Shown here in pieces: positions 16,592-24,244 of a stretch of 24,244 nucleotides of DNA. The translations under genes were made by a program, and so were the position numbers. The stretch comes from Oscillatoria princeps RMCB-10 (GTDB taxonomy: Bacteria; Cyanobacteriota; Cyanobacteriia; Cyanobacteriales; Oscillatoriaceae). Location: the NCBI GenBank assembly GCA_019359235.1, contig JAHHHT010000036.1:1-24244 (forward strand). Direction: 5' to 3'. Under the pieces are notes generated by a model. It worked only from the letters and a program-made list of their open reading frames with translations, was not told the DNA's origin and ran no database searches. Each line of letters starts with the position of its first letter. Within the stretch, counting starts at the first letter, position 1.

Positions 16592-16795
16592 CAAAGGCCC
16601 TTTTAGATTTTAGATTTTGGATTTTAGATTTTGGATTGCCAATTCGGCAACACCATCTATAAAAAGGAATAGACGAATCCTTTTTTAATTTTTAATTTTT
16701 AATTTTTAATTGATAAGCTGGCCTGCTAATGGTTAATGGTTAATGGCACACCCCTTTATTGCCAATTAACAATTAACCATTAGAAATTAGCTGTG
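16592..16795. repeat. Heptamer arrays TTTTAGA/TTTTGGA (x5), TTTTTAA (x4) and TAATGGT (x3), which with TGCCAATTAACAATTAACCATTAG form a long imperfect hairpin just past the psaK 3' end.
   Basis: Period-7 repeats and the inverted arrangement were read from the sequence. Confidence 0.8.
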
Positions 16796-16803
16796 CCAAA
16801 ATC

Positions 16804-17076
16804 CTAGAGGACGCCGGCGTTGCTCAGCCCCAAGATGAAACCGGCACCCAGCACGTGGCCAAAGCTCGCGGTGGCCAGCAATTCTGGCCAGCCAAAGCCG
16901 GCAAACAGTCCGGGCAAGGGAAGGGGCAAAGACGGGCCCGCGCCGCGATTCTTGATGGCATAGTAGCCGATGGCGATGGCAAACAGATTGGAAAGAATCA
17001 TAACGAGAGCCACATTCGGAGACCAGGTGGGTGTCGCTGGCACTGCGGATGCCGCAAGTAAAGTAGAGTAAATCAT
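16804..17076 (-). CDS. psaK: Photosystem I reaction centre subunit PsaK.
   Basis: MIYSTLLAASAVPATPTWSPNVALVMILSNLFAIAIGYYAIKNR...FAGFGWPELLATASFGHVLGAGFILGL matches PsaK, with two transmembrane helices and the GFG...LATTSFGH motif. The start was moved to the internal ATG at 17076, which has an AGGGGA ribosome-binding site. Confidence 0.85.
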   Translation of the reverse strand: MIYSTLLAASAVPATPTWSPNVALVMILSNLFAIAIGYYAIKNRGAGPSLPLPLPGLFAGFGWPELLATASFGHVLGAGFILGLSNAGVL

Positions 17077-17223
17077 GCTTCTATCCCCTGCATTCGTAAA
17101 GGTGTACAAGTTAGACAAAGTATAAAGTTTTGCTCGCTAACCCATAAAATTTGTATAAAATATTTACATTAACGTAAATTTTTGCTACAAATATAGAAAA
17201 TCCACCGCGACTGAGGGGGGTTG

Positions 17224-17859
17224 ATGCGGGTCAAAATTTGCGGAATTACCAAACCAGAGCAGGGTGAGGCCATTGCCGGGCTGGGGGCAACGGCTTTAGG
17301 GTTTATCTGCGTGCCGGCTTCCCCCCGCTATGTGACGCCGGCTGGGATTCTGGCGGTGGTGGAGCGCCTGCCGGTGCCGGTTGACCGAATAGGGGTGTTT
17401 GCAAATACCACAAAAGAAGAAATTTGTCAAGTGGTGGCGGGTGCCCGACTGACCGGCGTGCAGCTGCACGGCGACGAATCGGCGGAATTTTGCGGGGAGT
17501 TGCGCCAGGCGCTTGCCGGTGTGGAGATCCTCAAAGCCGTGAGAGTGCGGACTCCCGAGGCTTTAAGTGGGGCAGCCGGTTACGCAGGGTGGGCCGATAC
17601 CCTGCTGCTGGACGCTTACCATGCCGAGCAGCTGGGGGGCACCGGCAAAACCCTGGACTGGTCAAGTCTGCGGCTGTTTCGCCCCAGCTGCCCTTGGCTG
17701 CTCGCCGGGGGGCTGACGCCAGAGAATGTGGTGGAGGCGCTCAGTGCAGTTCGCCCCGACGGTATTGATTTGTCGAGCGGTGTGGAGCGAGCGCCGGGGG
17801 ACAAGGATTTGGGTAAGGTGGCCAGGTTGTTTGAGCGGCTGCGCTTGTTGCGGTTTTGA
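17224..17859 (+). CDS. trpF: Phosphoribosylanthranilate isomerase (TrpF).
   Basis: MRVKICGIT at the N-terminus, a downstream GVQLHGDES motif, and a C-terminal GGL.PENV region. About 211 aa. Confidence 0.9.
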   Translation: MRVKICGITKPEQGEAIAGLGATALGFICVPASPRYVTPAGILAVVERLPVPVDRIGVFANTTKEEICQVVAGARLTGVQLHGDESAEFCGELRQALAGVEILKAVRVRTPEALSGAAGYAGWADTLLLDAYHAEQLGGTGKTLDWSSLRLFRPSCPWLLAGGLTPENVVEALSAVRPDGIDLSSGVERAPGDKDLGKVARLFERLRLLRF

Positions 17860-17949
17860 TCAACCGCCGCCGTGAAGGAGCGCCAAGGAAGAGGGAGAGG
17901 GGGAGAGGGCTTTCGGGGGTAGGTTTTTTAGAAGTTGTCTGTCGGTAGC

Positions 17950-18125
17950 GTTACGGGATAGGCGAAGCATGAGCGAATGTCCATCTTTTCTCTGATTGCA
18001 GATATCCTCGCGCTCATGCTTCGCCCCTACAGGAGATTCACTGTAGGGGCGAAGCATTTGCGCGGGAATCTTTACTGCCGCGCCCGGTATTTACATTCGC
18101 AAATGCTTCGCCCTCTTCGCTTCCC
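17950..18125. repeat. Cluster of nested hairpins built on GGCGAAGCATGAGCG / CGCTCATGCTTCGCC, CCCTACAG..CTGTAGGG and GCGAAGCATTTGCG / CGCAAATGCTTCGCC.
   Basis: The inverted repeats were read directly. The cluster overlaps the 3' end of the minus-strand ORF 18091..18711. Confidence 0.7.
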
Positions 18126-18711
18126 AACGAAAAAACGTACCCCTGAAAGGTGGGGGAGGGAGAGAAATTTTTATTGCTGTTGGTTGGGTGTGATTTGTTG
18201 CAGCTGGAAAACTTTCCGCCACTCGCGCAAAGGCATTGGGTGGGACGAGCAGTTCGACTGGGCGGCTGTTTTTTAGGGGTAACGACAGCCGCAGGGGGGT
18301 GTCTGAGTCCAACTGGGCCATGACTTGCAGGAAGTCGTACTCTCCAACGTTGGCCGGTAGGGATGAGTCAGCCCAGACATCGGGGGCTGTCCACACAACG
18401 CCTGTGCCGGTGGCAATCCGCAAGGGTGCGGTGCCGGCTAATTCGCCTATGCCGGGAAATCCCACTAGGCGCAGGCGCACGGAGTCTAGTTGACTGGATT
18501 TGAGTCGCTTATAGAGTACGGTTTGCCACGCTTTGTCTGTGGCATCGCGCAGGGTTTGTAGCGAGCGATACATCACTTGTGTGGGGGATTCTGGGTAGGT
18601 GTGGACAGAAGCGAAAGCCGGTTGTGAATTGCCGGCTGTCAGGGAGAGGCACAGGGCGAGCAACGCAATAAGCCGGTGCCACTGTTTGAGACGGCTGATA
18701 TTTTTCATCAT
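18091..18711 (-). CDS. Hypothetical secreted protein (N-terminal signal peptide).
   Basis: 206-aa ORF with the signal-like hydrophobic core LIALLALCLSLTAGNSQPAFA. I recognise no catalytic motifs. The C-terminal about 20 codons are encoded within the hairpin repeat cluster. Confidence 0.5.
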   Translation of the reverse strand: MMKNISRLKQWHRLIALLALCLSLTAGNSQPAFASVHTYPESPTQVMYRSLQTLRDATDKAWQTVLYKRLKSSQLDSVRLRLVGFPGIGELAGTAPLRIATGTGVVWTAPDVWADSSLPANVGEYDFLQVMAQLDSDTPLRLSLPLKNSRPVELLVPPNAFARVAESFPAATNHTQPTAIKISLPPPPFRGTFFRWEAKRAKHLRM

Positions 18712-18721
18712 TTTTAATAAT

Positions 18722-18860
18722 CCGGAGAGTGCTACCTCTCGCTCCTCGTTTTCAGGCAGAATAATCGGGAGGGTGCTGCCTCTCGCTCCTCGTTTTCAGG
18801 CAATCGGGAGGCAGAGCCGACCGAGTCTCGTTCCCAGGCTCTGCCTGGGAACGAGAAAAT
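18722..18860. repeat. Direct repeat of about 30 bp (TGC(T)ACCTCTCGCTCCTCGTTTTCAGGCA x2), plus a hairpin CGTTCCCAGGCTCTGCCTGGGAACG that recurs at 22806..22836.
   Basis: Read directly. Lies between the divergent hypothetical gene and crtI. Confidence 0.7.
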
Positions 18861-18882
18861 TGGTATAACAGGGGGAGTGAGG

Positions 18883-20358
18883 ATGAACATCGCTGTGATC
18901 GGGAGTGGATTTGGCGGGTTGTCTGCTGCGATTCGGCTAGCCGCACGGGGATATAATGTGACTGTGATTGAGAAGCGGGACAAGCCAGGGGGGCGGGCTT
19001 ATGTGTGGCAGCAGGACGGCTTCACGTTTGATGCCGGTCCCACTATTATTACTGCGCCGCAGTTCATCCGCGAGCTGTTCCAGCTGAGTGGGAAAAAGAC
19101 GGAAGACTATGTGAAGCTGGTTCCGCTTGACCCGTTCTACTGCGTGCGCTTCTGCGACGGGTCTGTGTTCCGCTACACCGGCGACACGGAAAGCATTCTC
19201 CGGCAGATTCGCGAGTTTAACCCAGAGGATGAGGAGGGCTACCGCAGGTTTTACAAGGCAGCGGAGACTGTCTTTAAAAAAGGGCTGCCGCTGATGGAGC
19301 AACCGTTCACCCGCTTTGGGGACATGCTGAAAGTTGCCCCAGATATGGTTCAATTACAATCTTACAAATCTGTGGCGGGATTTGTCAATCAGTATATCAA
19401 AGATGAGCGGCTGCGGCAAGTTTTCAGCTTCCACCCGCTTTTGATTGGGGGCAATCCTTTTCAAAGCACCTCGATTTACGCGATGATCCACAAGCTGGAG
19501 CAGGAATTTGGCATTTGGTTCGCGATCGGGGGGACGGGAGCCTTGGTGAAGGGGCTGGTTCAACTTTTTCAAGACATCGGGGGGAAACTGCTGCTGGGTG
19601 CGGAAGTGGCGGAAATTGGGATGGATGAGAAAACGGGGCGGGCGACCGGCGTGGCGCTCAAAACAGGTGAATTTGTGCCGGCGGATGCGGTGGTGAGCAA
19701 TGCGGATGTGGCGCACACCTATCTGAATTTAGTGCCGGCAAGGTTTCGGCGCAAGTACACCGACCGAAAGGTGCGGGGGATGCGATACTCAATGTCGCTG
19801 TTTGTGGTGTATTTCGGCACCGATTGCCGGTACGAGAGCATGGCTCACCACGAGATTATCATGGGCCCGCGATACCGGGAGCTGATGCGCGATATTTTTC
19901 AGCGGAAGCGTTTAGCAGAAGACTTCTCGCTATATTTGCACCGCCCGACAGCAACCGATCCGTCGCTAGCACCTCCGGGGTGTGACTGCTGGTACGCGCT
20001 GTCGCCGGTGCCCAATTTGGACAGCCAGACCGATTGGAAAGCGATGGCGAAGCCCTACCGGGATGCTATCATCCAGTTTTTGGAACAGCGCTATCTGCCA
20101 GATTTGTCAAAACACATTGTTACCGAACGTTACATTGACCCTTTGCACTTCCGGGATACGCTGAATAGCTACAAGGGCAGCGCTTTTTCTGTGGAGCCAA
20201 TTCTCACGCAATCGGCTTGGTTCCGCCCCCACAACCAAAGTGAAGATGTGCCCAATCTCTATTTTGTGGGGGCGGGAACCCATCCGGGCGCGGGGCTGCC
20301 TGGGGTGATGAGTTCAGGTAAAATTGTGGCGGAGATGATTGGGCGGGTTTCAGTGTAA
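18883..20358 (+). CDS. crtI: Phytoene desaturase family protein, bacterial CrtI type (FAD-dependent). It could alternatively be a CrtD-like carotenoid 3',4'-desaturase.
   Basis: N-terminal Rossmann motif IAVIGSGFGGLSAAIRLAARGYNVTVIEKRDKPGGRAYV. The blocks DGFTFDAGPTIITAP, RQVFSFHPLLIGGNPFQSTSIYAMIH, EDFSLYLHRPTATDPSLAPPGC and GSAFSVEPILTQSAWFRPHN...LYFVGAGTHPGAGLPGV are characteristic of CrtI. Start taken at the ATG at 18883, with a GGGGGAG ribosome-binding site. Confidence 0.8.
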   Translation: MNIAVIGSGFGGLSAAIRLAARGYNVTVIEKRDKPGGRAYVWQQDGFTFDAGPTIITAPQFIRELFQLSGKKTEDYVKLVPLDPFYCVRFCDGSVFRYTGDTESILRQIREFNPEDEEGYRRFYKAAETVFKKGLPLMEQPFTRFGDMLKVAPDMVQLQSYKSVAGFVNQYIKDERLRQVFSFHPLLIGGNPFQSTSIYAMIHKLEQEFGIWFAIGGTGALVKGLVQLFQDIGGKLLLGAEVAEIGMDEKTGRATGVALKTGEFVPADAVVSNADVAHTYLNLVPARFRRKYTDRKVRGMRYSMSLFVVYFGTDCRYESMAHHEIIMGPRYRELMRDIFQRKRLAEDFSLYLHRPTATDPSLAPPGCDCWYALSPVPNLDSQTDWKAMAKPYRDAIIQFLEQRYLPDLSKHIVTERYIDPLHFRDTLNSYKGSAFSVEPILTQSAWFRPHNQSEDVPNLYFVGAGTHPGAGLPGVMSSGKIVAEMIGRVSV

Positions 20359-20412
20359 AATAAGCTGGTGAGCGGAACAACCCCACCCCCCCTAATTCCC
20401 GTTTTTGAGGGA

Positions 20413-20433
20413 CAGGCGGGACGCCTGTCCTGC
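20413..20433. repeat. Hairpin GGACAGGCG-GGA-CGCCTGTCC.
   Basis: Same 9-bp stem as at 10649 and 22861. Located in the crtI-tex intergenic region. Confidence 0.7.
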
Positions 20434-20536
20434 GCTTTCCGGGGGTTGGGCAGAGTTGCAGGGGGTGGGGCTGAACAGTTTACGCTTAATTTTGTCCGCA
20501 AAATTACCCACTGGCAATCGCTTTTACTCGCACTCG

Positions 20537-22726
20537 ATGCTGAACATTCCTCAAATACTGGCTGATGAGCTTTCTCTGAAGCCTTTTCAGGTTCAAAATG
20601 CGCTCGAACTTTTCGCCGAGGGGGCGACGATTCCTTTTGTCGCTCGCTACCGCAAAGAGCGCACCGGCTCTCTGGACGAAATCCAGCTTCGCAACCTCTC
20701 TGAGCGACACACTTATCTCACGGAGCTTGAGGAGCGCAAGGCGGCGATTCTGGAGGCAATCGCCTCGCAAGGGAAGCTCACCGATGAGCTGAAATCCAAA
20801 ATCGAATCCTGTCTGCAAAAAACGGAACTCGAAGACCTTTATCTTCCTTATAAACCGAAACGGCGCACGCGGGCAACTGCCGCTCGCGAAAAAGGCTTGT
20901 CACCGCTGGCTGAGTTTCTCAAGTCGCTGAATAGTCCCAGCGCCAAACCGGCATCTCTGGAAGAGGAAGCCGCCAAATATCTCTCGGAGGAGAAAGGTGT
21001 CTTGACGGTAGGGGACGCTCTGAAAGGCGCTTCTGACATTTTAGCGGAAGAAGTGTCGGAAAAGGCAGAGTTGCGGGCTTACCTGCGAGACTACTTGATG
21101 AAATCGGGGGGGTTCGTTTCGCGGATTAAAGATGAGTATCCGGAGGGCAGCACTAAGTTCGAGATGTACCGCAACTTTCAGGTCAGGGTGAGAGATGTTG
21201 CGCCGCACAATATGCTGGCGCTGCTGCGGGGCGAGGCTGAGGGAGTGCTGAGCGTGGAGCTTGACTTTGACGAGTCGGCTGTGCTATCTTATTTGCAGGC
21301 GCAGGAGATTAAGACGAAGGTGCCGGCGGTGCGGGAGTTTTACCGGCAGATGCTGGAGGACGCCTTCAGCCGGCTGATGAAAACCTCCCTGACGACTGAA
21401 GTGCGGTCCGACAGGAAAGCCTCTGCGGATGTCGAGTCAATTAAGACCTTTGAGGAGAATCTGCGGGAGTTGCTGCTGTCGGCTCCCGCCGGCATGAAAC
21501 CAACTTTGGGAGTCGATCCGGGATTTCGCACCGGCTGCAAGGTTGCTGTCCTCGACGAAACGGGTAAATTTTTGGAATACCAGACGGTGTTCCCCCACCA
21601 AAGTGCGGCGCAGCGGGCTGAGGCTGCTCGCACGGTTAAGAATCTGGTTGAAAAGTACAAGATTGAGCTGATTGCGATTGGTAACGGTACGGCTTCCCGC
21701 GAGACGGATGAGTTTATTGCTGAGGTGCTGGCGGCGCTGGAGCGCAAGCCGGTTAAAGTGATAGTGAATGAGTCGGGCGCGTCGATTTATTCCGCTTCGG
21801 ATGTGGCGCGAGACGAGTTTCCCGAGCTGGACCTGACAGTGCGGGGTGCGATCAGCATCGGACGCCGGTTGCAAGACCCACTGGCTGAGCTGGTTAAGAT
21901 TGACCCGAAGTCGATTGGTGTGGGACAGTACCAGCACGATGTTGACCAAAAACTGCTCAAGAAAAAGCTAGACGAGACGGTTGAAAGCTGCGTGAACTAT
22001 GTGGGCGTGGATCTGAACACCGCCTCGAAGGAACTTTTGACCTTTGTGTCTGGGATTACGCCAACCGTTGCCAAAAATATTGTAGCCTATCGCAACGAGC
22101 GCGGCGCTTTCAAAAATCGCCGGGAGCTGCTCAAGGTGTCCAAGCTTGGCCCGAAAACATTTGAGCAGGCGGCTGGCTTTTTGAGGATTCGTGGCGGAGA
22201 CAATCCGCTGGACAATACGGCGGTGCACCCGGAGAGTTATTTTGTGGTGCAGGCGATTGCTAAGGATGTGGATGTGGCGCTGGATAAGATAGCGCAGGCG
22301 GCTGAGCGGCTGAAGTCGGTTAATCTGAAAAAATATGTTAGCGATACTGTCGGGTTGCCTACGCTTCGCGATATAATGAGCGAACTGGAAAAGCCGGGAA
22401 GGGACCCGCGCGAGCAGTTCAAATATGCGACCTTCAAAGAAGGCGTTAAGGAAATCAAAGACTTAACGGTTGGCATGGAACTGGAGGGAATTGTCACGAA
22501 TGTGGCGAATTTTGGCGCGTTCGTGGATATCGGCGTGCACCAGGACGGTTTGGTGCATATTTCGCAGCTGGCTGACCGCTTTGTTGACGACCCCAAGAAG
22601 GTGGTGAAAGTGGGGCAGGTTGTGAAGGTGCGGGTGCTGGAAGTGAATGAGAAATTGAAGCGGATCGGCTTGTCGATGCGGTCGCCAGATAAGCCAAATA
22701 GCGGGCGTGCCGGCAGGAGCCGGTGA
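20537..22726 (+). CDS. tex: Transcription accessory protein Tex (YqgF/RNase H-like, HhH and C-terminal S1 domains).
   Basis: ILADELSLKPFQVQNALELFAEGATIPFVARYRKERTGSLDE is the canonical Tex N-terminus. A C-terminal S1 domain follows (GMELEGIVTNVANFGAFVDIG...GLVHISQL). The start was moved to the ATG at 20537. Confidence 0.9.
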   Translation: MLNIPQILADELSLKPFQVQNALELFAEGATIPFVARYRKERTGSLDEIQLRNLSERHTYLTELEERKAAILEAIASQGKLTDELKSKIESCLQKTELEDLYLPYKPKRRTRATAAREKGLSPLAEFLKSLNSPSAKPASLEEEAAKYLSEEKGVLTVGDALKGASDILAEEVSEKAELRAYLRDYLMKSGGFVSRIKDEYPEGSTKFEMYRNFQVRVRDVAPHNMLALLRGEAEGVLSVELDFDESAVLSYLQAQEIKTKVPAVREFYRQMLEDAFSRLMKTSLTTEVRSDRKASADVESIKTFEENLRELLLSAPAGMKPTLGVDPGFRTGCKVAVLDETGKFLEYQTVFPHQSAAQRAEAARTVKNLVEKYKIELIAIGNGTASRETDEFIAEVLAALERKPVKVIVNESGASIYSASDVARDEFPELDLTVRGAISIGRRLQDPLAELVKIDPKSIGVGQYQHDVDQKLLKKKLDETVESCVNYVGVDLNTASKELLTFVSGITPTVAKNIVAYRNERGAFKNRRELLKVSKLGPKTFEQAAGFLRIRGGDNPLDNTAVHPESYFVVQAIAKDVDVALDKIAQAAERLKSVNLKKYVSDTVGLPTLRDIMSELEKPGRDPREQFKYATFKEGVKEIKDLTVGMELEGIVTNVANFGAFVDIGVHQDGLVHISQLADRFVDDPKKVVKVGQVVKVRVLEVNEKLKRIGLSMRSPDKPNSGRAGRSR

Positions 22727-22744
22727 GATATATAGCGCGTCCTA

Positions 22745-22957
22745 TACCTTCGTGTAAATTTCAGAACCCCGGTTTCGTAGGGGCGGGCCCCCGTGCCCGC
22801 CCTCTTGCCTCGTTCCCAGGCTCCCGCCTGGGAACGATACAATAGAGGCTCTGACTTGAAAATAGGACAGGCGTCCCGCCTGTCCTACGTCTTTTTTTTA
22901 CATACGCCGCTTCCCCTCGGTGTGAGGTGGGTGACGCTGCGCGTCACCCACCCTACT
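22745..22957. repeat. Cluster of structured repeats: an AACCCCGGTTTC element, GGGGCGGGCCCCCGTGCCCGCCC, a CGTTCCCAGGC..GCCTGGGAACG hairpin, GGACAGGCG-TCC-CGCCTGTCC followed by T8 (a likely bidirectional terminator for tex and the convergent methyltransferase gene), and GGTGGGTGACGC-TGC-GCGTCACCCACC.
   Basis: All inverted repeats were read directly. The T-run TTTTTTTT lies at 22885..22892. Confidence 0.75.
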
Positions 22958-23693
22958 TCTGGAAGATCAGAATATGCTGCTGGGGTAAGGAACTGTTGGT
23001 TTCCCGCCAGGACAGCCCCACCGCCGCCATTTCTTGGCGCACTTGCTTCTGGGTCATTTTGTGGAGAGCTTTGATGGGGATGAAAGGATTCTCGCCCCGG
23101 TACTCCACGAGAACCGCACGCCCCCCCGGTTTGAGCGCTCGCACCACACCTTCCATCATCTCTTTTGGATGCTCAAACTCGTGGTAGGCATCCACCATGA
23201 GCGCTAAGTCAACGCTTGATTCTGGAAGGTTGGGGGAAGTCAGGCTGCCTAAAACCGGCTCGACGCTGGCAATCTTTTTTTCGCTTTTGAAGAATTCAAT
23301 AATGTCGAGCATCTCCGGCTGAATGTCCACTGCCATAACTTTTCCTTGTGGCACTAGGGGGGCGATGCGAAAGCTGAAATAGCCGGTGCCGGCTCCGATG
23401 TCCGCCACAACATCGGTTGGTTTGAGCTTCAGGGCGCTCACCACTTTAGAAGGCTGCTCCTCACTCTCGCGAGAAGCTCGCTCCAGCCAGCCTGCTCCCT
23501 GATGTCCCATCACTTGAGCGATTTCTCGCTTCATGTAGAATTTGCCAATTCCGTCCGGACTGTGGAATTGCCGGTACTGGTAAATCTCTGCCGGTTCAGT
23601 TCCTGCAAAAGCTAGTGGCGTTCCGCCGGCAAGAAGCCACCCGCACAGGATAGCAAAGATAGTCGCTGTCAGACGTAACCAATAGGATTTCAT
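22953..23693 (-). CDS. Class I SAM-dependent methyltransferase with an N-terminal signal peptide (predicted exported or membrane-anchored).
   Basis: MKSYWLRLTATIFAILCGWLLAGGTPLAFAG is signal-like. VADIGAGTGYFS is SAM motif I, and VLVEYRGENPF lies downstream. The start was taken at the internal ATG at 23693. The track lists an alternative upstream start at 23810. Confidence 0.7.
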   Translation of the reverse strand: MKSYWLRLTATIFAILCGWLLAGGTPLAFAGTEPAEIYQYRQFHSPDGIGKFYMKREIAQVMGHQGAGWLERASRESEEQPSKVVSALKLKPTDVVADIGAGTGYFSFRIAPLVPQGKVMAVDIQPEMLDIIEFFKSEKKIASVEPVLGSLTSPNLPESSVDLALMVDAYHEFEHPKEMMEGVVRALKPGGRAVLVEYRGENPFIPIKALHKMTQKQVRQEMAAVGLSWRETNSSLPQQHILIFQK

Positions 23694-23864
23694 GCTATTT
23701 TTCGCCTTCACTGGCACTCCACGTTTGATGGGGCTCTCAAAAAGCTGCCCTGCTTTGAACAATACCTGACGGCTGCGTTCGGGCGAGACAGCGCGGGGTT
23801 TAGAGGTCATTTATAGCGGTTCTCAGTTTGATGTATAGCAGTATTCACTTAGTTTAGGACATTT

Positions 23865-23945
23865 GAAACCCGGAAGGGGGCGGGCACGGGACTCAGGGGG
23901 CGGGCACGGGGGCCCGCCCCTACAAAACCGGGTTTCTCAGTACAT
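23865..23945. repeat. Nested element: GAAACCCGG ... CCGGGTTTC outer arms around GGGGGCGGGCACGGG x2 and a GGGCGGGC..GCCCGCCC hairpin. Related to the element at 22755..22800.
   Basis: Read directly. Confidence 0.7.
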
Positions 23946-23997
23946 GTAATCTAGGATTTTAGGTTTTGGAGTCTTGGCTGTCAACCCCTATTTCCTG

Positions 23998-24244
23998 CTA
24001 ACTTACTGCCGGCACCAGAAGTTTGCCGGCGTAACCGGCACAACTGTAGCGTTCCAGCACATCTTTTGCGATCTCCCCACCCTTACCGGCAGCCACCAAA
24101 GCAACGCAAGCGCCCCCAAAACCAGCGCCAGTCAGACGCGCCCCGAAAACTCCGGGAGTTTCTTGCAACATCCCCACCAGCACATCCAGCGCCGGCACGG
24201 AAACCTCGTAATCGTCGCGCAAACTGGCGTGAGAAGCGTTCATC
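23998..24244 (-). CDS. galK: Galactokinase (GHMP kinase) C-terminal fragment. The gene continues beyond the window end.
   Basis: [17 protein letters not shown] and [17 protein letters not shown] (the GHMP kinase C-terminal motif) are present. The stop is at 23998, and the ORF is still open at the window boundary. Confidence 0.7.
   Translation of the reverse strand, partial: MNASHASLRDDYEVSVPALDVLVGMLQETPGVFGARLTGAGFGGACVALVAAGKGGEIAKDVLERYSCAGYAGKLLVPAVS

Noticed and set aside
16440-16600. GC-rich stretch upstream of the M50 protease gene, scanned for a tRNA or small RNA.
   Set aside because: I found no T-arm GTTCGA / TTCGAATC-type motif and no cloverleaf-compatible inverted repeats. It was left unannotated.
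21437-21949. 170-aa and other minus-strand ORFs within tex.
   Set aside because: They are antisense to a full-length, clearly recognisable Tex.

Overview
This window reads as cyanobacterial chromosome. It carries glnA with an NtcA-type GTA-N8-TAC box, apcF, psaK, and heptameric STRR-like repeat arrays, and it is rich in repeats. On one side are tlyA, a hypothetical gene, apcF (minus) and glnA (plus). The central block (about 5.1-11.9 kb) is the most interesting part: a co-directional operon that is visibly more AT-rich than its neighbours, and it sits next to two methyltransferase genes. That operon encodes a PqqD-like RiPP recognition element, an HPr-kinase-related kinase (start overlapping the upstream stop), three tandem short GT2 glycosyltransferase paralogs, an ABC exporter (fused permease/ATPase), and an NTP_transf_5-type nucleotidyltransferase. 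This is the tailoring gene set of phosphorylated/glycosylated lasso-peptide clusters, but no lasso cyclase, leader protease or precursor peptide gene is visible. Downstream are a YbjN-like protein, an LplA/LipB-family protein, an M50/CBS site-2 protease (minus), psaK (minus), trpF, a secreted hypothetical (minus), a bacterial CrtI-type phytoene desaturase, tex, a signal-peptide SAM methyltransferase (minus) and the 3' end of galK (minus, truncated by the window). Almost every intergenic region holds structured repeats: a 26-bp tandem array, three heptamer arrays, a roughly 370-bp composite palindromic array, an 88-bp tandem hairpin array, and several dispersed small hairpin families (GAAACCCGGTTTC, GGACAGGCG-N3-CGCCTGTCC, GCGAAGCAT, GGGGCGGGC). 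Many of these sit where terminators would be expected. All calls come from reading the sequence and from remembered family motifs; no database search was run.
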